From the sequence record SRR20825006_2411: a DNA stretch of 34,488 nucleotides. One strand, written 5' to 3'. The translations under genes and the position numbers were made by a program. Shown piece after piece: positions 16,446-24,900 of this stretch. The first letter of the stretch is position 1, and every line of letters starts with the position of its first letter. Under the pieces are notes generated by a model. That model was not told the DNA's origin. It did no database searches and was given only the letters and a program-made list of their open reading frames with translations.

Positions 16446-17282
16446 TCATTGGTTTTCTTTCTTGGATAATTCTGACGGCGTTTCATGCATCATGCGGGCG
16501 ATACCATTGAGCATGGTCCTGAAGCGACGCGGGGATAAGCCCGTGAAGCGCAGAAAGTCGCGATTGGCATGTGCCTGGTCGTAATAGCCCTGCAATAGGG
16601 CAAGTTGTGCCAGCCCGTCGTTGCCCGGTTTGAACAAAGCTCCGAGGAAGCTGTTGTAGCGCGCGATCATCAGCGCCACCTTGGGAGATATCCCGGTATG
16701 ATCGCTCAGGATGCGATAGAGCTGGCTGTAGCCGACATCGAGCCTTTTGGCCCAGTCATCGACACTGGCAGGCAGGTTCTGTTCAAGCAACGCATAGGCG
16801 CGCTGGAGCAAGCTGGTTGTGGTATTTGACAGAGGAACAAGGCGCTGTTCCATCCAGCTTTCGAGGGCAGCGACGCTGTCTCTTGTAATGCCTTTCCCGG
16901 TCATCTCGGCCTCGAGCGCGCGCGCGGCATCGGGTTCCGGCCAATCGGGCAACGGAACATGCAGATCAATGGCAGGATCAAATCCAAGAGCAGACGGTCC
17001 GAACGGCGTCATTTGTGCGGCAACGAGGCGCACCCGTCCGGTTTGTGCGATGATGATCGGTCTGGTCCCTATCCCCGAGAGGCCACTGACATTGGCCTCC
17101 TCTTTGCTGGAGACCGGGTCCTTGCGCCGGCCAGGATCGCCCAAGCTAACCAGCAGGGTGGGGCGGCCATTGGGCACGAGTATTTCCTCGCGCCAATGGG
17201 GGCCAAGGTCGGCTTCGATCAGCCAGAAATGCTCAACATAGGCGGCGAGGCGTTCATTGGGGGCGAAACGCTGGTAGCGCAC
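16446..17282 (-). CDS. AraC-family transcriptional regulator
   Basis: N-terminal LAAYVEHFW..LVPNG; C-terminal GISPK..LAQLALLQGYYDQAHANRDFLRFTGLSP HTH; GTG start. Confidence 0.9.
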   Translation of the reverse strand: MRYQRFAPNERLAAYVEHFWLIEADLGPHWREEILVPNGRPTLLVSLGDPGRRKDPVSSKEEANVSGLSGIGTRPIIIAQTGRVRLVAAQMTPFGPSALGFDPAIDLHVPLPDWPEPDAARALEAEMTGKGITRDSVAALESWMEQRLVPLSNTTTSLLQRAYALLEQNLPASVDDWAKRLDVGYSQLYRILSDHTGISPKVALMIARYNSFLGALFKPGNDGLAQLALLQGYYDQAHANRDFLRFTGLSPRRFRTMLNGIARMMHETPSELSKKENQ

Positions 17283-17286
17283 CGGT

Positions 17287-18780
17287 CTAGCCGTAGCGCT
17301 TTTTCACGTGGGCCTTGAAGTAGTCGGCATTGAGCGGTTCGCCCGTGGCGCGGGTGATCAGTTCGGGCGTCGAGTAGCGCGAGGCCTCGGTCCAGACCTT
17401 GTCGGCGCGCCATTGGTTGATGGCGCCGAACTGGCCCTTGCGGATCTGCTCGCGCATGTCGGGCAGGTCCTTTTCCATGGCGGCGGACAATTGCGCGGCG
17501 ATCATGGCGCCCAGCGTGTAGCTGGGGAAGTAGCCGAAGGCGCCGCCGGGCCAGTGCACGTCCTGCATCGGGCCGTCCTTGGGGTCGTTGATGGTCGAAA
17601 TGCCGAGATATTCGATCATCTTGGTGTCCCAGGCCTCGGGAATCTGGCTGGCCTCAAGCTTGCCCGAGACGAGGTCCTGTTCCAGTTCGTAGCGCAGGAT
17701 GACGTGGAGCGGGTAGGTGACCTCGTCGGCATCGACGCGAATATAGCCACGTTCGACGAAATTGACCTCACTGAGCACATCGGCCACCTCCCAGCCGGGA
17801 ATCGCTGTGTCGCCCAGATGCTGGTGCACCAATGGCAGCATGAAGTCCCAGAACTCGGGGCTGCGGGCGAGCTGCATTTCCACAAATAGGCTCTGGCTTT
17901 CATGCATGCCCATGCCGCGCGCCTTGCCCAGCGGCCAATGCGACCAGTCTTTGGGCAGCCCCTGCTCGTAAAGGGCGTGGCCGGTTTCGTGCAGCACACC
18001 CATCAGCGAGGAGAGAAATTCATCGGTGCGATAGCGCGTGGTCATGCGCACATCGGTCGGCACGCCGCCGCAGAAGGGGTGGTGCGAGACAGCCAGTGAA
18101 CCATGGGTGAAATCGAAACCGACGGCGCGCATGGCCGCCAGGCCCAGTTCACGCTGTTTTTCGATGGGGTAGGGCGCGTTGAGCGGCTTGCGGGGGCGCT
18201 GGGCCAGGCGCTGTTCCTGGACGGAGAGGGCGTGGGGCACGAAGTCCTTGAGGAAGGTCTTCAGATCGGCAAAGACCGTATCGATCTGGGCGGTGCGATT
18301 GCCCGGATCATATTGGTCCATCAGCGCATCATAGGGCGCCAGGCCTGTTGCGGCCGAGCGCAGGGCCGCCTCCTCGCGCACCAGCGCAATGACGCCTTCG
18401 AGGGCCGGCAGGAAGCTGTCCCAATCGCCCTTGGCGCGCAGATCCCGCCAGAGCTGTTCGGACCGCATGGTTGCGGCAGTGCGCCGCTCGACAAATTCGG
18501 TTGGCAGGCATGTGGCGTTGACATAGGACCGCTCGAACTCGCCCAGCGCGGCCTTCTGCATGTCGGAGAGGTCTTCGTTTTTGGCGGCGTCGATCCAGTC
18601 GGCGATCTGGGGCGCGGTAGCCTGGGCGTGATACATGCCGGCAAGATTGGCCATGGCTTCGGCCCGCTTCTCGCCCCCGCCAACCGCCATGTGGGTGGCT
18701 TCGTCGGCACCGAGAATGGACAAAGCGTGTTCGAGCGACTCGAGCTTGCGGCCGAGTTCATCGAGTTTTTGAAAGGACAT
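17287..18780 (-). CDS. Carboxypeptidase, family M32
   Basis: HPF, DVRMTTRY, HETGH (HExxH), HESQS, IRVDADE, QDVHW and GYFPSY motifs; ATG at 18780. Confidence 0.95.
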   Translation of the reverse strand: MSFQKLDELGRKLESLEHALSILGADEATHMAVGGGEKRAEAMANLAGMYHAQATAPQIADWIDAAKNEDLSDMQKAALGEFERSYVNATCLPTEFVERRTAATMRSEQLWRDLRAKGDWDSFLPALEGVIALVREEAALRSAATGLAPYDALMDQYDPGNRTAQIDTVFADLKTFLKDFVPHALSVQEQRLAQRPRKPLNAPYPIEKQRELGLAAMRAVGFDFTHGSLAVSHHPFCGGVPTDVRMTTRYRTDEFLSSLMGVLHETGHALYEQGLPKDWSHWPLGKARGMGMHESQSLFVEMQLARSPEFWDFMLPLVHQHLGDTAIPGWEVADVLSEVNFVERGYIRVDADEVTYPLHVILRYELEQDLVSGKLEASQIPEAWDTKMIEYLGISTINDPKDGPMQDVHWPGGAFGYFPSYTLGAMIAAQLSAAMEKDLPDMREQIRKGQFGAINQWRADKVWTEASRYSTPELITRATGEPLNADYFKAHVKKRYG

Positions 18781-18832
18781 GGCTGGCTCCGGAGGTGGGA
18801 CCGCAGATGTGTTCCACAGCTCTCCGGGCGGA

Positions 18833-19003
18833 TCAAGGCTTGCTGTCGGGCGGATCCTTGTCTGAGCGTGCGGCATTGACTGCCCCGCCCAGTCCAGCAC
18901 CGATGGCAACACCAATCGCAATGCCCATGGCGATATTGTCCATGGCCACGCCTATGCCTGCGCCAATGGCGATACCGACGGCAATTCCTGTTGCAAAGCT
19001 CAT
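18833..19003 (-). CDS. Small glycine-zipper membrane protein (56 aa)
   Basis: MSFATGIAVGIAIGAGIGVAMDNIAMGIAIGVAIGAGLGGAV: two GxxxG-rich hydrophobic segments; RBS GAGGAG. Confidence 0.75.
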   Translation of the reverse strand: MSFATGIAVGIAIGAGIGVAMDNIAMGIAIGVAIGAGLGGAVNAARSDKDPPDSKP

Positions 19004-19054
19004 TGCTTGTCTCCTCGCTTTCCGACCAACCCTGAGCCCGGCCATTGGGTTGCC

Positions 19055-19168
19055 AAAAAAGGGAGAGGCGCAGCCGGGGAAGCTGCGCCTCGTGGGGATA
19101 GGGCTCCGCGCCTGGGAAAGCAGGAGCCCTCAGGAAAAGGCCCGGCGCCTTCTGCGCTTGGGGCCGTG
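19055..19168 (-). ncRNA. Candidate multi-hairpin small RNA with UCCC-rich segments
   Basis: Three consecutive hairpins (19139-19165, 19100-19130, 19065-19091). Minus-strand loops and linkers read UUUUCCUG, UUUCCC, AUCCCCAC, UUCCCC; the element ends UCCCUUUUUU. Confidence 0.45.
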
Positions 19169-19198
19169 CCATTCCGTTCTGGACTGGCCGGGGGTAAA

Positions 19199-19226
19199 CG
19201 GCGGCGCGATGGGGATTGCGCCGCCG
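19199..19226 (-). terminator. Hairpin just downstream of flgH
   Basis: CGGCGGCGCGAT-GGGG-ATTGCGCCGCCG followed by TTT on the minus strand. Confidence 0.65.
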
Positions 19227-19234
19227 AAACTTTC

Positions 19235-19987
19235 TTAAAAGGGCAGGATCGCGTCCATGGCCTGCTGGCCGTAGCGGGGCTGCTGCACGTCGGTGATCTG
19301 GCCGCGGCCGCCGTAGGAGATGCGGGCTTCGGCGATCTTGGTCGAGGGAATGGTGTTGTTGGCCTGAATATCGGAGGGGCGGACAATGCCGGCCACGATC
19401 AGGTCGCGGACCTCGAAATTCACACGCACTTCCTGGCGCCCTTCGATCACCAGATTGCCATTGGGCAGGACCTGGGTGACGACAGCGGCGACCGAGGTTT
19501 CCAGCGCTTCGCTGCGATTGACCGAACCGTTGCCCGCGTCCTTGATGCCCGAGGTGAAATCGATGGCGGCCTGCGGATCGACATTGAGTTCGGCCGCGTC
19601 GGTGGCGTTGGAGAAAACGGCGCCGAACAGGCCGCCCATGCCGGCGCTGTTGGTGGAATTGCGCGAGCGCTGGGTGTTGTTGTTGATCTGGGCGGTGTCG
19701 TCGATGGTGACAACCACGGTCAAAATGTCGCCCACCCGGTGCGCGCGTTCGTCCTTGAAGAAGCCCTTGGCCGAGGTGCGGTAGAGCGAGTTGGCCTGAT
19801 ATGTGTCTTCGATGGGCTCGGGCATGGGCATGCGCACCGGCTGGTAGCCCGCCGTGGTGGTCGGATCGGCGATGGCCGTCAGGGTAGGGGCCTGGCCGAC
19901 ACTGGCGAGGCGATCCATGGTGTTGCAGGCGCCCAGGGCCGCGGTCAGGGTCAGGATGGTGGCGATCTTGGCGAAGTTCATTTTCAT
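19235..19987 (-). CDS. flgH: L-ring lipoprotein FlgH
   Basis: Lipobox LGAC; FFKDERAHRVGDILTV; VLPNGNLVIEGRQEVRVN; IAEARISYGGRG. Confidence 0.96.
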   Translation of the reverse strand: MKMNFAKIATILTLTAALGACNTMDRLASVGQAPTLTAIADPTTTAGYQPVRMPMPEPIEDTYQANSLYRTSAKGFFKDERAHRVGDILTVVVTIDDTAQINNNTQRSRNSTNSAGMGGLFGAVFSNATDAAELNVDPQAAIDFTSGIKDAGNGSVNRSEALETSVAAVVTQVLPNGNLVIEGRQEVRVNFEVRDLIVAGIVRPSDIQANNTIPSTKIAEARISYGGRGQITDVQQPRYGQQAMDAILPF

Positions 19988-19997
19988 CTGTCCCGAG

Positions 19998-20945
19998 TTA
20001 GAGGCCGGCAAGAGTGACGGGGCTGGTGGAGACTTCCACGGCACCCGGAGCGATTGCCGTGGCGCTGATGACCCGCTTGGAAACCAGGTTGAGGACCTGC
20101 AGCGGCGCCCCTTCGGCAGCGCCGGTGATGGCCTGGCCCTTTACGGTCAGGGTCATCAGGCCCTTGCGATAATAGATGGTCACCAGATCATTCTTGGCGA
20201 TTGAGAGCGGGGTGCTGACATCGCTGACGCGCAGCAGCATGCCGTCGCGGCTCTGGCGATTGAGCGCCATGCCCACGAGCTGGTCGAGCGAGGCGATGCC
20301 CTGGGCGTCGGCCTGCTGAATGGGCAGGGCGCGCATGATGATGTGGTCGGGGCGCAGCACGGTGCCGGCGGGCAGCCCAGCGGCAAGATGGGGGGCCGCG
20401 ATGCTGATCTCGATGGAGCCGTTGAGGTCCAGCGGCTGGGCCTGGCCGGACAGCGAGAACCGGGCGGAGAAGGTGCCGTTGCCGGGCAGGTAGCGCAGGT
20501 TATCGAGCTGGGCAGGGATGTCGCTGGCCGCCACGGTGATGGTATCGGGCGGGTTGGCGAACAGCAGATTGGCCGTCATGCCCTCGCCCAGAATGCCGCG
20601 ATGGCGCAAATCCTGGGTGATGAGATCGGCAAGCAGGGTCTGGTCGACAATCGATGCGGCGCGGGAGACCCGGACCTGCGAGAGACCGTTAATGTCGAAA
20701 CGGGTCAGGCCGATGCGCTCGGTGGCGGCGCGGACGGCGGCCAGGTCGACATTGCCGGTGGTGCCGGGCATTGGCGAGCGGAACAGGGGCTGCTCGGCCA
20801 GGACACCGGCATCGTCGAACATGTCGCCGACCGTCACCACGGGCGCGCTGACGGTGATCTCGGCCCGCAGGACCGGCGCGGCCGAAGCAAGGCCAGAAGA
20901 GAGCAACAGGGCCAGGGTCAGGCTGATGGCGCGGAGCGATTTCAT
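19998..20945 (-). CDS. flgA: P-ring assembly chaperone FlgA
   Basis: Signal peptide; VTVGDMF; C-terminal VTIYYRKGLMTLTVKGQA..VLNLVSKRVISA; between flgG and flgH. Confidence 0.9.
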   Translation of the reverse strand: MKSLRAISLTLALLLSSGLASAAPVLRAEITVSAPVVTVGDMFDDAGVLAEQPLFRSPMPGTTGNVDLAAVRAATERIGLTRFDINGLSQVRVSRAASIVDQTLLADLITQDLRHRGILGEGMTANLLFANPPDTITVAASDIPAQLDNLRYLPGNGTFSARFSLSGQAQPLDLNGSIEISIAAPHLAAGLPAGTVLRPDHIIMRALPIQQADAQGIASLDQLVGMALNRQSRDGMLLRVSDVSTPLSIAKNDLVTIYYRKGLMTLTVKGQAITGAAEGAPLQVLNLVSKRVISATAIAPGAVEVSTSPVTLAGL

Positions 20946-20956
20946 GGTCAATCTCC

Positions 20957-21742
20957 TTAGCTGAGCTGGCTGGTGGCCTGCATCATCTGGTCGGCGCCAG
21001 AGATGACACGGGCATTCATTTCATAGGCGCGCTGGGCGGCGATCAGGTCGGCGATTTCGGTGACCGAATTGACATTGGCCATTTCCAGGTAGTTCTGCAG
21101 CAAATCACCGGTGCCGTCGGTGTTGGGTACGTTGACCTGGGCTGGGCCGCTGGCGGCGGTTTCGAGGAACAAATTGTCGCCCATCGATTCCAGGCCCGAC
21201 TTGTTGACGAAGCGGGCAAGCTGCAACTGGCCAAGCTGGGTCGGCGCGGTGTCGGTGCCGATATAGGCCTCGACCGTGCCGTCGGGCGAAATTGCCACGC
21301 CGCGCGCATTGCCCGGAATGGTGATGCCGGGATCGAGCGGGTGGCCGCTGGAGGTCACCAGCGTGCCTTCGGGATTGCGCTCGAAGGAGCCGTCGCGGGT
21401 GTATCCCGTGCGGCCATCGGGCAGTTGCACCATGAAGAAGCCCTCACCGCGAATGGCGACGTCGAGCTCGCCTTCGGTGAGGTTGACCGAACCCTGGCTC
21501 ATCACCCGGGGGGTCGAGATGGTGCGCACACCCGAACCGATTTCCAGGCCCGCCGGGACCATCGTGCCCTGGTCCGAGGTCTGCGAGCCGGCGCGGGTAA
21601 TCTGCTGGTAGAGCAGGTCCTGGAACTCTGCGCGCTGCCGCTTGTAACCGGTGGTACGCATGTTCGCGATATTGTTGGAGATGACTTCGACATTGCGTTC
21701 CTGGGCGCCCATGCCGGTTGATGCGATATAAAGTGCTTTCAT
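20957..21742 (-). CDS. flgG: Distal rod protein FlgG
   Basis: MKALYIASTGM..ISNNIANMRTTGYKRQRAEFQDLLYQ; LEMANVNSVTE. Confidence 0.97.
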   Translation of the reverse strand: MKALYIASTGMGAQERNVEVISNNIANMRTTGYKRQRAEFQDLLYQQITRAGSQTSDQGTMVPAGLEIGSGVRTISTPRVMSQGSVNLTEGELDVAIRGEGFFMVQLPDGRTGYTRDGSFERNPEGTLVTSSGHPLDPGITIPGNARGVAISPDGTVEAYIGTDTAPTQLGQLQLARFVNKSGLESMGDNLFLETAASGPAQVNVPNTDGTGDLLQNYLEMANVNSVTEIADLIAAQRAYEMNARVISGADQMMQATSQLS

Positions 21743-21760
21743 GGCGATTGCTCCTCAGGT

Positions 21761-22501
21761 TCAGGCGTTGGTGTCGCCCAGGCGCTGGATGGCGTTGCGG
21801 CGCATCTCGTCCTGTTTCTGGGCGAGGGATGCGACGGATTCATAGGCGCGCTGCACGCGGATCATTTCGGCCATCTCGGTGACGCCCGAGACATTGGACC
21901 GCTCGATATGACCCTGCATGACGCGGGTATTGGCGTTGAGCGCGGGGGTGCCACCGGAGAACAGGTTGGCGCCTTCGCGCACCAGCTCCTGGGCATTGGC
22001 AAATTCGACGATGCGCAGCTGGCCCTTGGCGCCAGCGCTGGAAGAGACCGTGCCATCGGCCGCGATGGTGATGCCGGTTTCCTCCGGGCCGAACTGGATC
22101 GGGCCGCCATTGCCGAGCACTGGATTGCCGGACTGGTCGACCAGCGTGCCCTGATTGTTCAGGCCAAAGGCACCGGCGCGGGTCCAGCGTTCGCCGCCTG
22201 GAGTTTCGACGGCAAAGAAGCCTTCACCATTGAGCGCGACGTCGAAATCATTGCCGGTCTGGACGACGGCGCCGCCGGCCAGATCATGGACGGTGGCCCA
22301 GTCCTGTACATAAGAGAGGGGCTGGTCGAGCGAGGGGAAGTCGTTATGCCGGGCTGTCGGCATGACATATTCCTCGAACAGGATCTGTTCTGCCTTGAAG
22401 CCGGTGGTGTTGAGGTTGGCGATATTGTTCGCCACCACATCCATCTGGCGCTGCAATGCGATCTGCCGACTGAGGCCGATGAGTTGAGCGTTTTCGATCA
22501 T
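21761..22501 (-). CDS. flgF: Proximal rod protein FlgF
   Basis: MIENAQLIGLSRQIALQRQMDVVANNIANLNTTGFK; ERSNVSGVTEM; ATG at 22501. Confidence 0.95.
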   Translation of the reverse strand: MIENAQLIGLSRQIALQRQMDVVANNIANLNTTGFKAEQILFEEYVMPTARHNDFPSLDQPLSYVQDWATVHDLAGGAVVQTGNDFDVALNGEGFFAVETPGGERWTRAGAFGLNNQGTLVDQSGNPVLGNGGPIQFGPEETGITIAADGTVSSSAGAKGQLRIVEFANAQELVREGANLFSGGTPALNANTRVMQGHIERSNVSGVTEMAEMIRVQRAYESVASLAQKQDEMRRNAIQRLGDTNA

Positions 22502-22566
22502 GGCATTCCCCGATTTGGTCCCCGAGACGGCCTGCTTCCCCAAGCCGGTCGCCTCGGTATTTACTT

Positions 22567-22582
22567 TGCAGAAACCATGCCA
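22567..22582 (-). promoter_or_regulatory. sigma54 promoter of flgFGAH
   Basis: Minus strand TGGCATGGTTTCTGCA (GG-N10-GC). Confidence 0.75.
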
Positions 22583-22600
22583 GAGCCACAATTTTAATAA

Positions 22601-22613
22601 AATCAATGACTTA
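22601..22613 (+). promoter_or_regulatory. IHF site between the sigma54 promoter and the ftr-like enhancers
   Basis: AATCAATGACTTA matches WATCAA-N4-TTR exactly, with an AT-rich flank. Confidence 0.7.
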
Positions 22614-22658
22614 GTCTAGTGGGGCGGTTTACTCCCGGTAGGTTGCATTGTTGCATTG

Positions 22659-22687
22659 GGCAAAAGCTGCCCGGCAAAAACTGCCGG
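22659..22687. promoter_or_regulatory. Tandem ftr-like (FlbD) palindromes
   Basis: GGCAAAAGCTGCC followed by (CCC)GGCAAAAACTGCCGG. Confidence 0.65.
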
Positions 22688-22700
22688 TTCCGGCGTGTTT

Positions 22701-22716
22701 GTAACCTTTCGTTAAC
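22701..22716 (+). promoter_or_regulatory. CtrA box upstream of fliL
   Basis: GTAA-CCTTTCG-TTAAC (N7, one mismatch). Confidence 0.7.
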
Positions 22717-22784
22717 CAACTGGGCCTTAGCTGGGCAGCAAGCCGGAATCGTCCGGAAATGCAGGCGTTTGACAGGGCCACTTT

Positions 22785-23282
22785 ATGACCGCGGAAGCCG
22801 AAGCCGGAACCGAAGCGCCCGCCAAGAAGGGCGTTCCCAAGCTCTTCATCATCATTGGGGCCGCACTGGTGGTGTTGCTGCTGGCAGGTGGCGGCCTGTT
22901 CTTCTTCATGTCCTCGTCGGGCAGTTCTGAAGCAGGGGCGGACGATCATGGCGCCGCTGCATCGGCGGAGCTGCATGACACCTTTATTTTCAACCTGCCG
23001 CCGATGATGGTGAACCTGTCTTCGGAAGAGGGCAATCGGGGCTTTATGAAGCTGACCATTGCGCTCGAAGTGGCGGATGAGGAAATGATGACGGAAATCC
23101 AGCCGCGGCTGGCCAAGGTGATCGATGCCTTCCAGGTCTATATGCGCGAACTGCGCAAGAGCGACCTTGAAGGATCGGCCGGGATTTACCGGCTCAAGGA
23201 AGAACTGCTGCGCCGGGTCAACCTGGCGATCTATCCCGCCCATGTGGAGAGCGTGCTCTTCAAGGAAATTCTGGTGCAGTAA
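22785..23282 (+). CDS. fliL: Flagellar basal-body protein FliL
   Basis: Single N-terminal TM; LPPMMVNL..YMRELRKSDLEGSAGIYRLKEELLRRVN..VLFKEILVQ. Confidence 0.95.
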   Translation: MTAEAEAGTEAPAKKGVPKLFIIIGAALVVLLLAGGGLFFFMSSSGSSEAGADDHGAAASAELHDTFIFNLPPMMVNLSSEEGNRGFMKLTIALEVADEEMMTEIQPRLAKVIDAFQVYMRELRKSDLEGSAGIYRLKEELLRRVNLAIYPAHVESVLFKEILVQ

Positions 23283-24472
23283 TGGCCGGACCCAGTGATC
23301 AGGACAAGCTGGCCGACGATTGGGGGCTCGAGGATATCGGGTCGGCCGATACACCTGCAGCGCCAGTCGATGAAAGCGAAATGAGTGAGGACGAGCGCGC
23401 CGCCGCGGCCGCCGCCGAATGGGCTGCCATGCTCGAAGGTGGCGATGGCGACGGCGAGGGCGGGGCAGATCGCGTTCTCAATCAGGACGAAATCGACAGC
23501 CTGCTCGGCTTTGACTCCAACGCCGGCAGCAATGTCGAGCTGACCGGCGTTCAGGCCCTGATCAACTCGGCACTGGTGTCCTACGAACGCCTGCCGATGC
23601 TGGAAATCGTCTTCGACCGCCTGGTGCGGTTGGCGACGACGTCGCTACGCAATTTCACGAGCGACAATGTCGAGGTGACTATGGACTCCATTTCGTCCGT
23701 GCGCTTCGGCGACTATCTCAATTCCATTCCGCTGCCGGCCATTCTCTCGGTCATCAAGGCCGAGGAGTGGGAGAATTACGGCCTTCTTACGGTCGATTCC
23801 AACCTGATCTATTCGATGATCGACGTGCTGCTCGGCGGGCGCCGCATTGGCGGCAATATCCGCGTCGAGGGCCGACCCTATACGACCATCGAAATGGCGC
23901 TGGCGCGCAAGATGATCGAGATTATTCTCGAGGACACGCATCGCGCCTTCGAGCCGGTGACCCCGATCAATTTCAAGCTCGAGCGGATGGAGACCAATCC
24001 GCGCTTTGCTGCCATTTCGCGGCCGGGCAATGCGGCCATTCTGATCGAATTGCGCATCGAGATGGATGAGCGCGGCGGCAAGATCGAGATCCTCTTGCCC
24101 TATGCGACCATCGAGCCGATCCGTGAACAGCTTCTGCAGATGTTCATGGGTGAAAAATTCGGCCGCGACCCGATCTGGGAGGGGCATCTGGCCACCGAAA
24201 TCTATCAGGCTGATGTCGAGATCGAGGCTGTGCTGCACGAGCAGCAATTGCCGCTCTCACGCCTGCTCAATCTCAAGCCCGGCCAGACGCTGATGTTTGA
24301 ACGCGGTCCCAGCGACCCGGTGCGGCTGCGCTGTGGCGATGTCGAGCTGACCGAAGCCATCATGGGCCATATCGGCAACAATGTTTCCGTGCGGGTCACC
24401 AACCCGCTCAACCCGCCCAAGGTCACCATGGAGGCCTTTGAGGCAATCGACGATACGATGGAAGGACGATGA
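23282..24472 (+). CDS. fliM: Motor switch protein FliM
   Basis: RVLNQDEIDSLLG CheY-binding motif; YERLPMLEIVFDR; ETNPRFAAI; SpoA-like C-terminus. Confidence 0.97.
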   Translation: MAGPSDQDKLADDWGLEDIGSADTPAAPVDESEMSEDERAAAAAAEWAAMLEGGDGDGEGGADRVLNQDEIDSLLGFDSNAGSNVELTGVQALINSALVSYERLPMLEIVFDRLVRLATTSLRNFTSDNVEVTMDSISSVRFGDYLNSIPLPAILSVIKAEEWENYGLLTVDSNLIYSMIDVLLGGRRIGGNIRVEGRPYTTIEMALARKMIEIILEDTHRAFEPVTPINFKLERMETNPRFAAISRPGNAAILIELRIEMDERGGKIEILLPYATIEPIREQLLQMFMGEKFGRDPIWEGHLATEIYQADVEIEAVLHEQQLPLSRLLNLKPGQTLMFERGPSDPVRLRCGDVELTEAIMGHIGNNVSVRVTNPLNPPKVTMEAFEAIDDTMEGR

Positions 24473-24900
24473 TGTTGGGGCTGCCGCTTGGACTGTTTGT
24501 GGAAGGCGCCGTAGCAATTCTGCTGGCCCTGACCATTGGATATTGTGTTCTGCTCAACCAGCGCCTGAAGCGCCTGCATCAGGACAAGGATGCCATGGCC
24601 AAGATGGTGGCCGACCTGGTCAGCGCGACCAATCTGGCCAATCAGGCGATCAAGGAGCTCAAGGGCACTGCTGTTGAAGCCGACCTGACGCTGAGCGCGC
24701 GGATGGAAGAGGCCGAGCGTTTTGGCGTGGAACTGGCCAATCACGTGACGGCCGGCACGGTCCTGATGGAACGCATTGCCAAGATCACCAGTGTCGCTCG
24801 TCACAGCCAGGCCATGGAGCCGGTCGAAGCGCCCAACAAGGTGCAGACGGCGTTGCAGCAATTGTCCGAACGCGTGCGCAGCCGTGGGGCCGCCGCGTGA
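24469..24900 (+). CDS. Bitopic membrane coiled-coil protein (DUF6468/PflI-like)
   Basis: N-terminal TM (VAILLALTIGYCVLLNQRLKRL) plus coiled coil; directly after fliM, the position of Caulobacter pflI. Confidence 0.65.
   Translation: MMLGLPLGLFVEGAVAILLALTIGYCVLLNQRLKRLHQDKDAMAKMVADLVSATNLANQAIKELKGTAVEADLTLSARMEEAERFGVELANHVTAGTVLMERIAKITSVARHSQAMEPVEAPNKVQTALQQLSERVRSRGAAA

Noticed and set aside
19155-19172. TGGCACG on the minus strand as a sigma54 promoter for the candidate sRNA
   Set aside because: Spacing is GG-N11-GC rather than the required N10.
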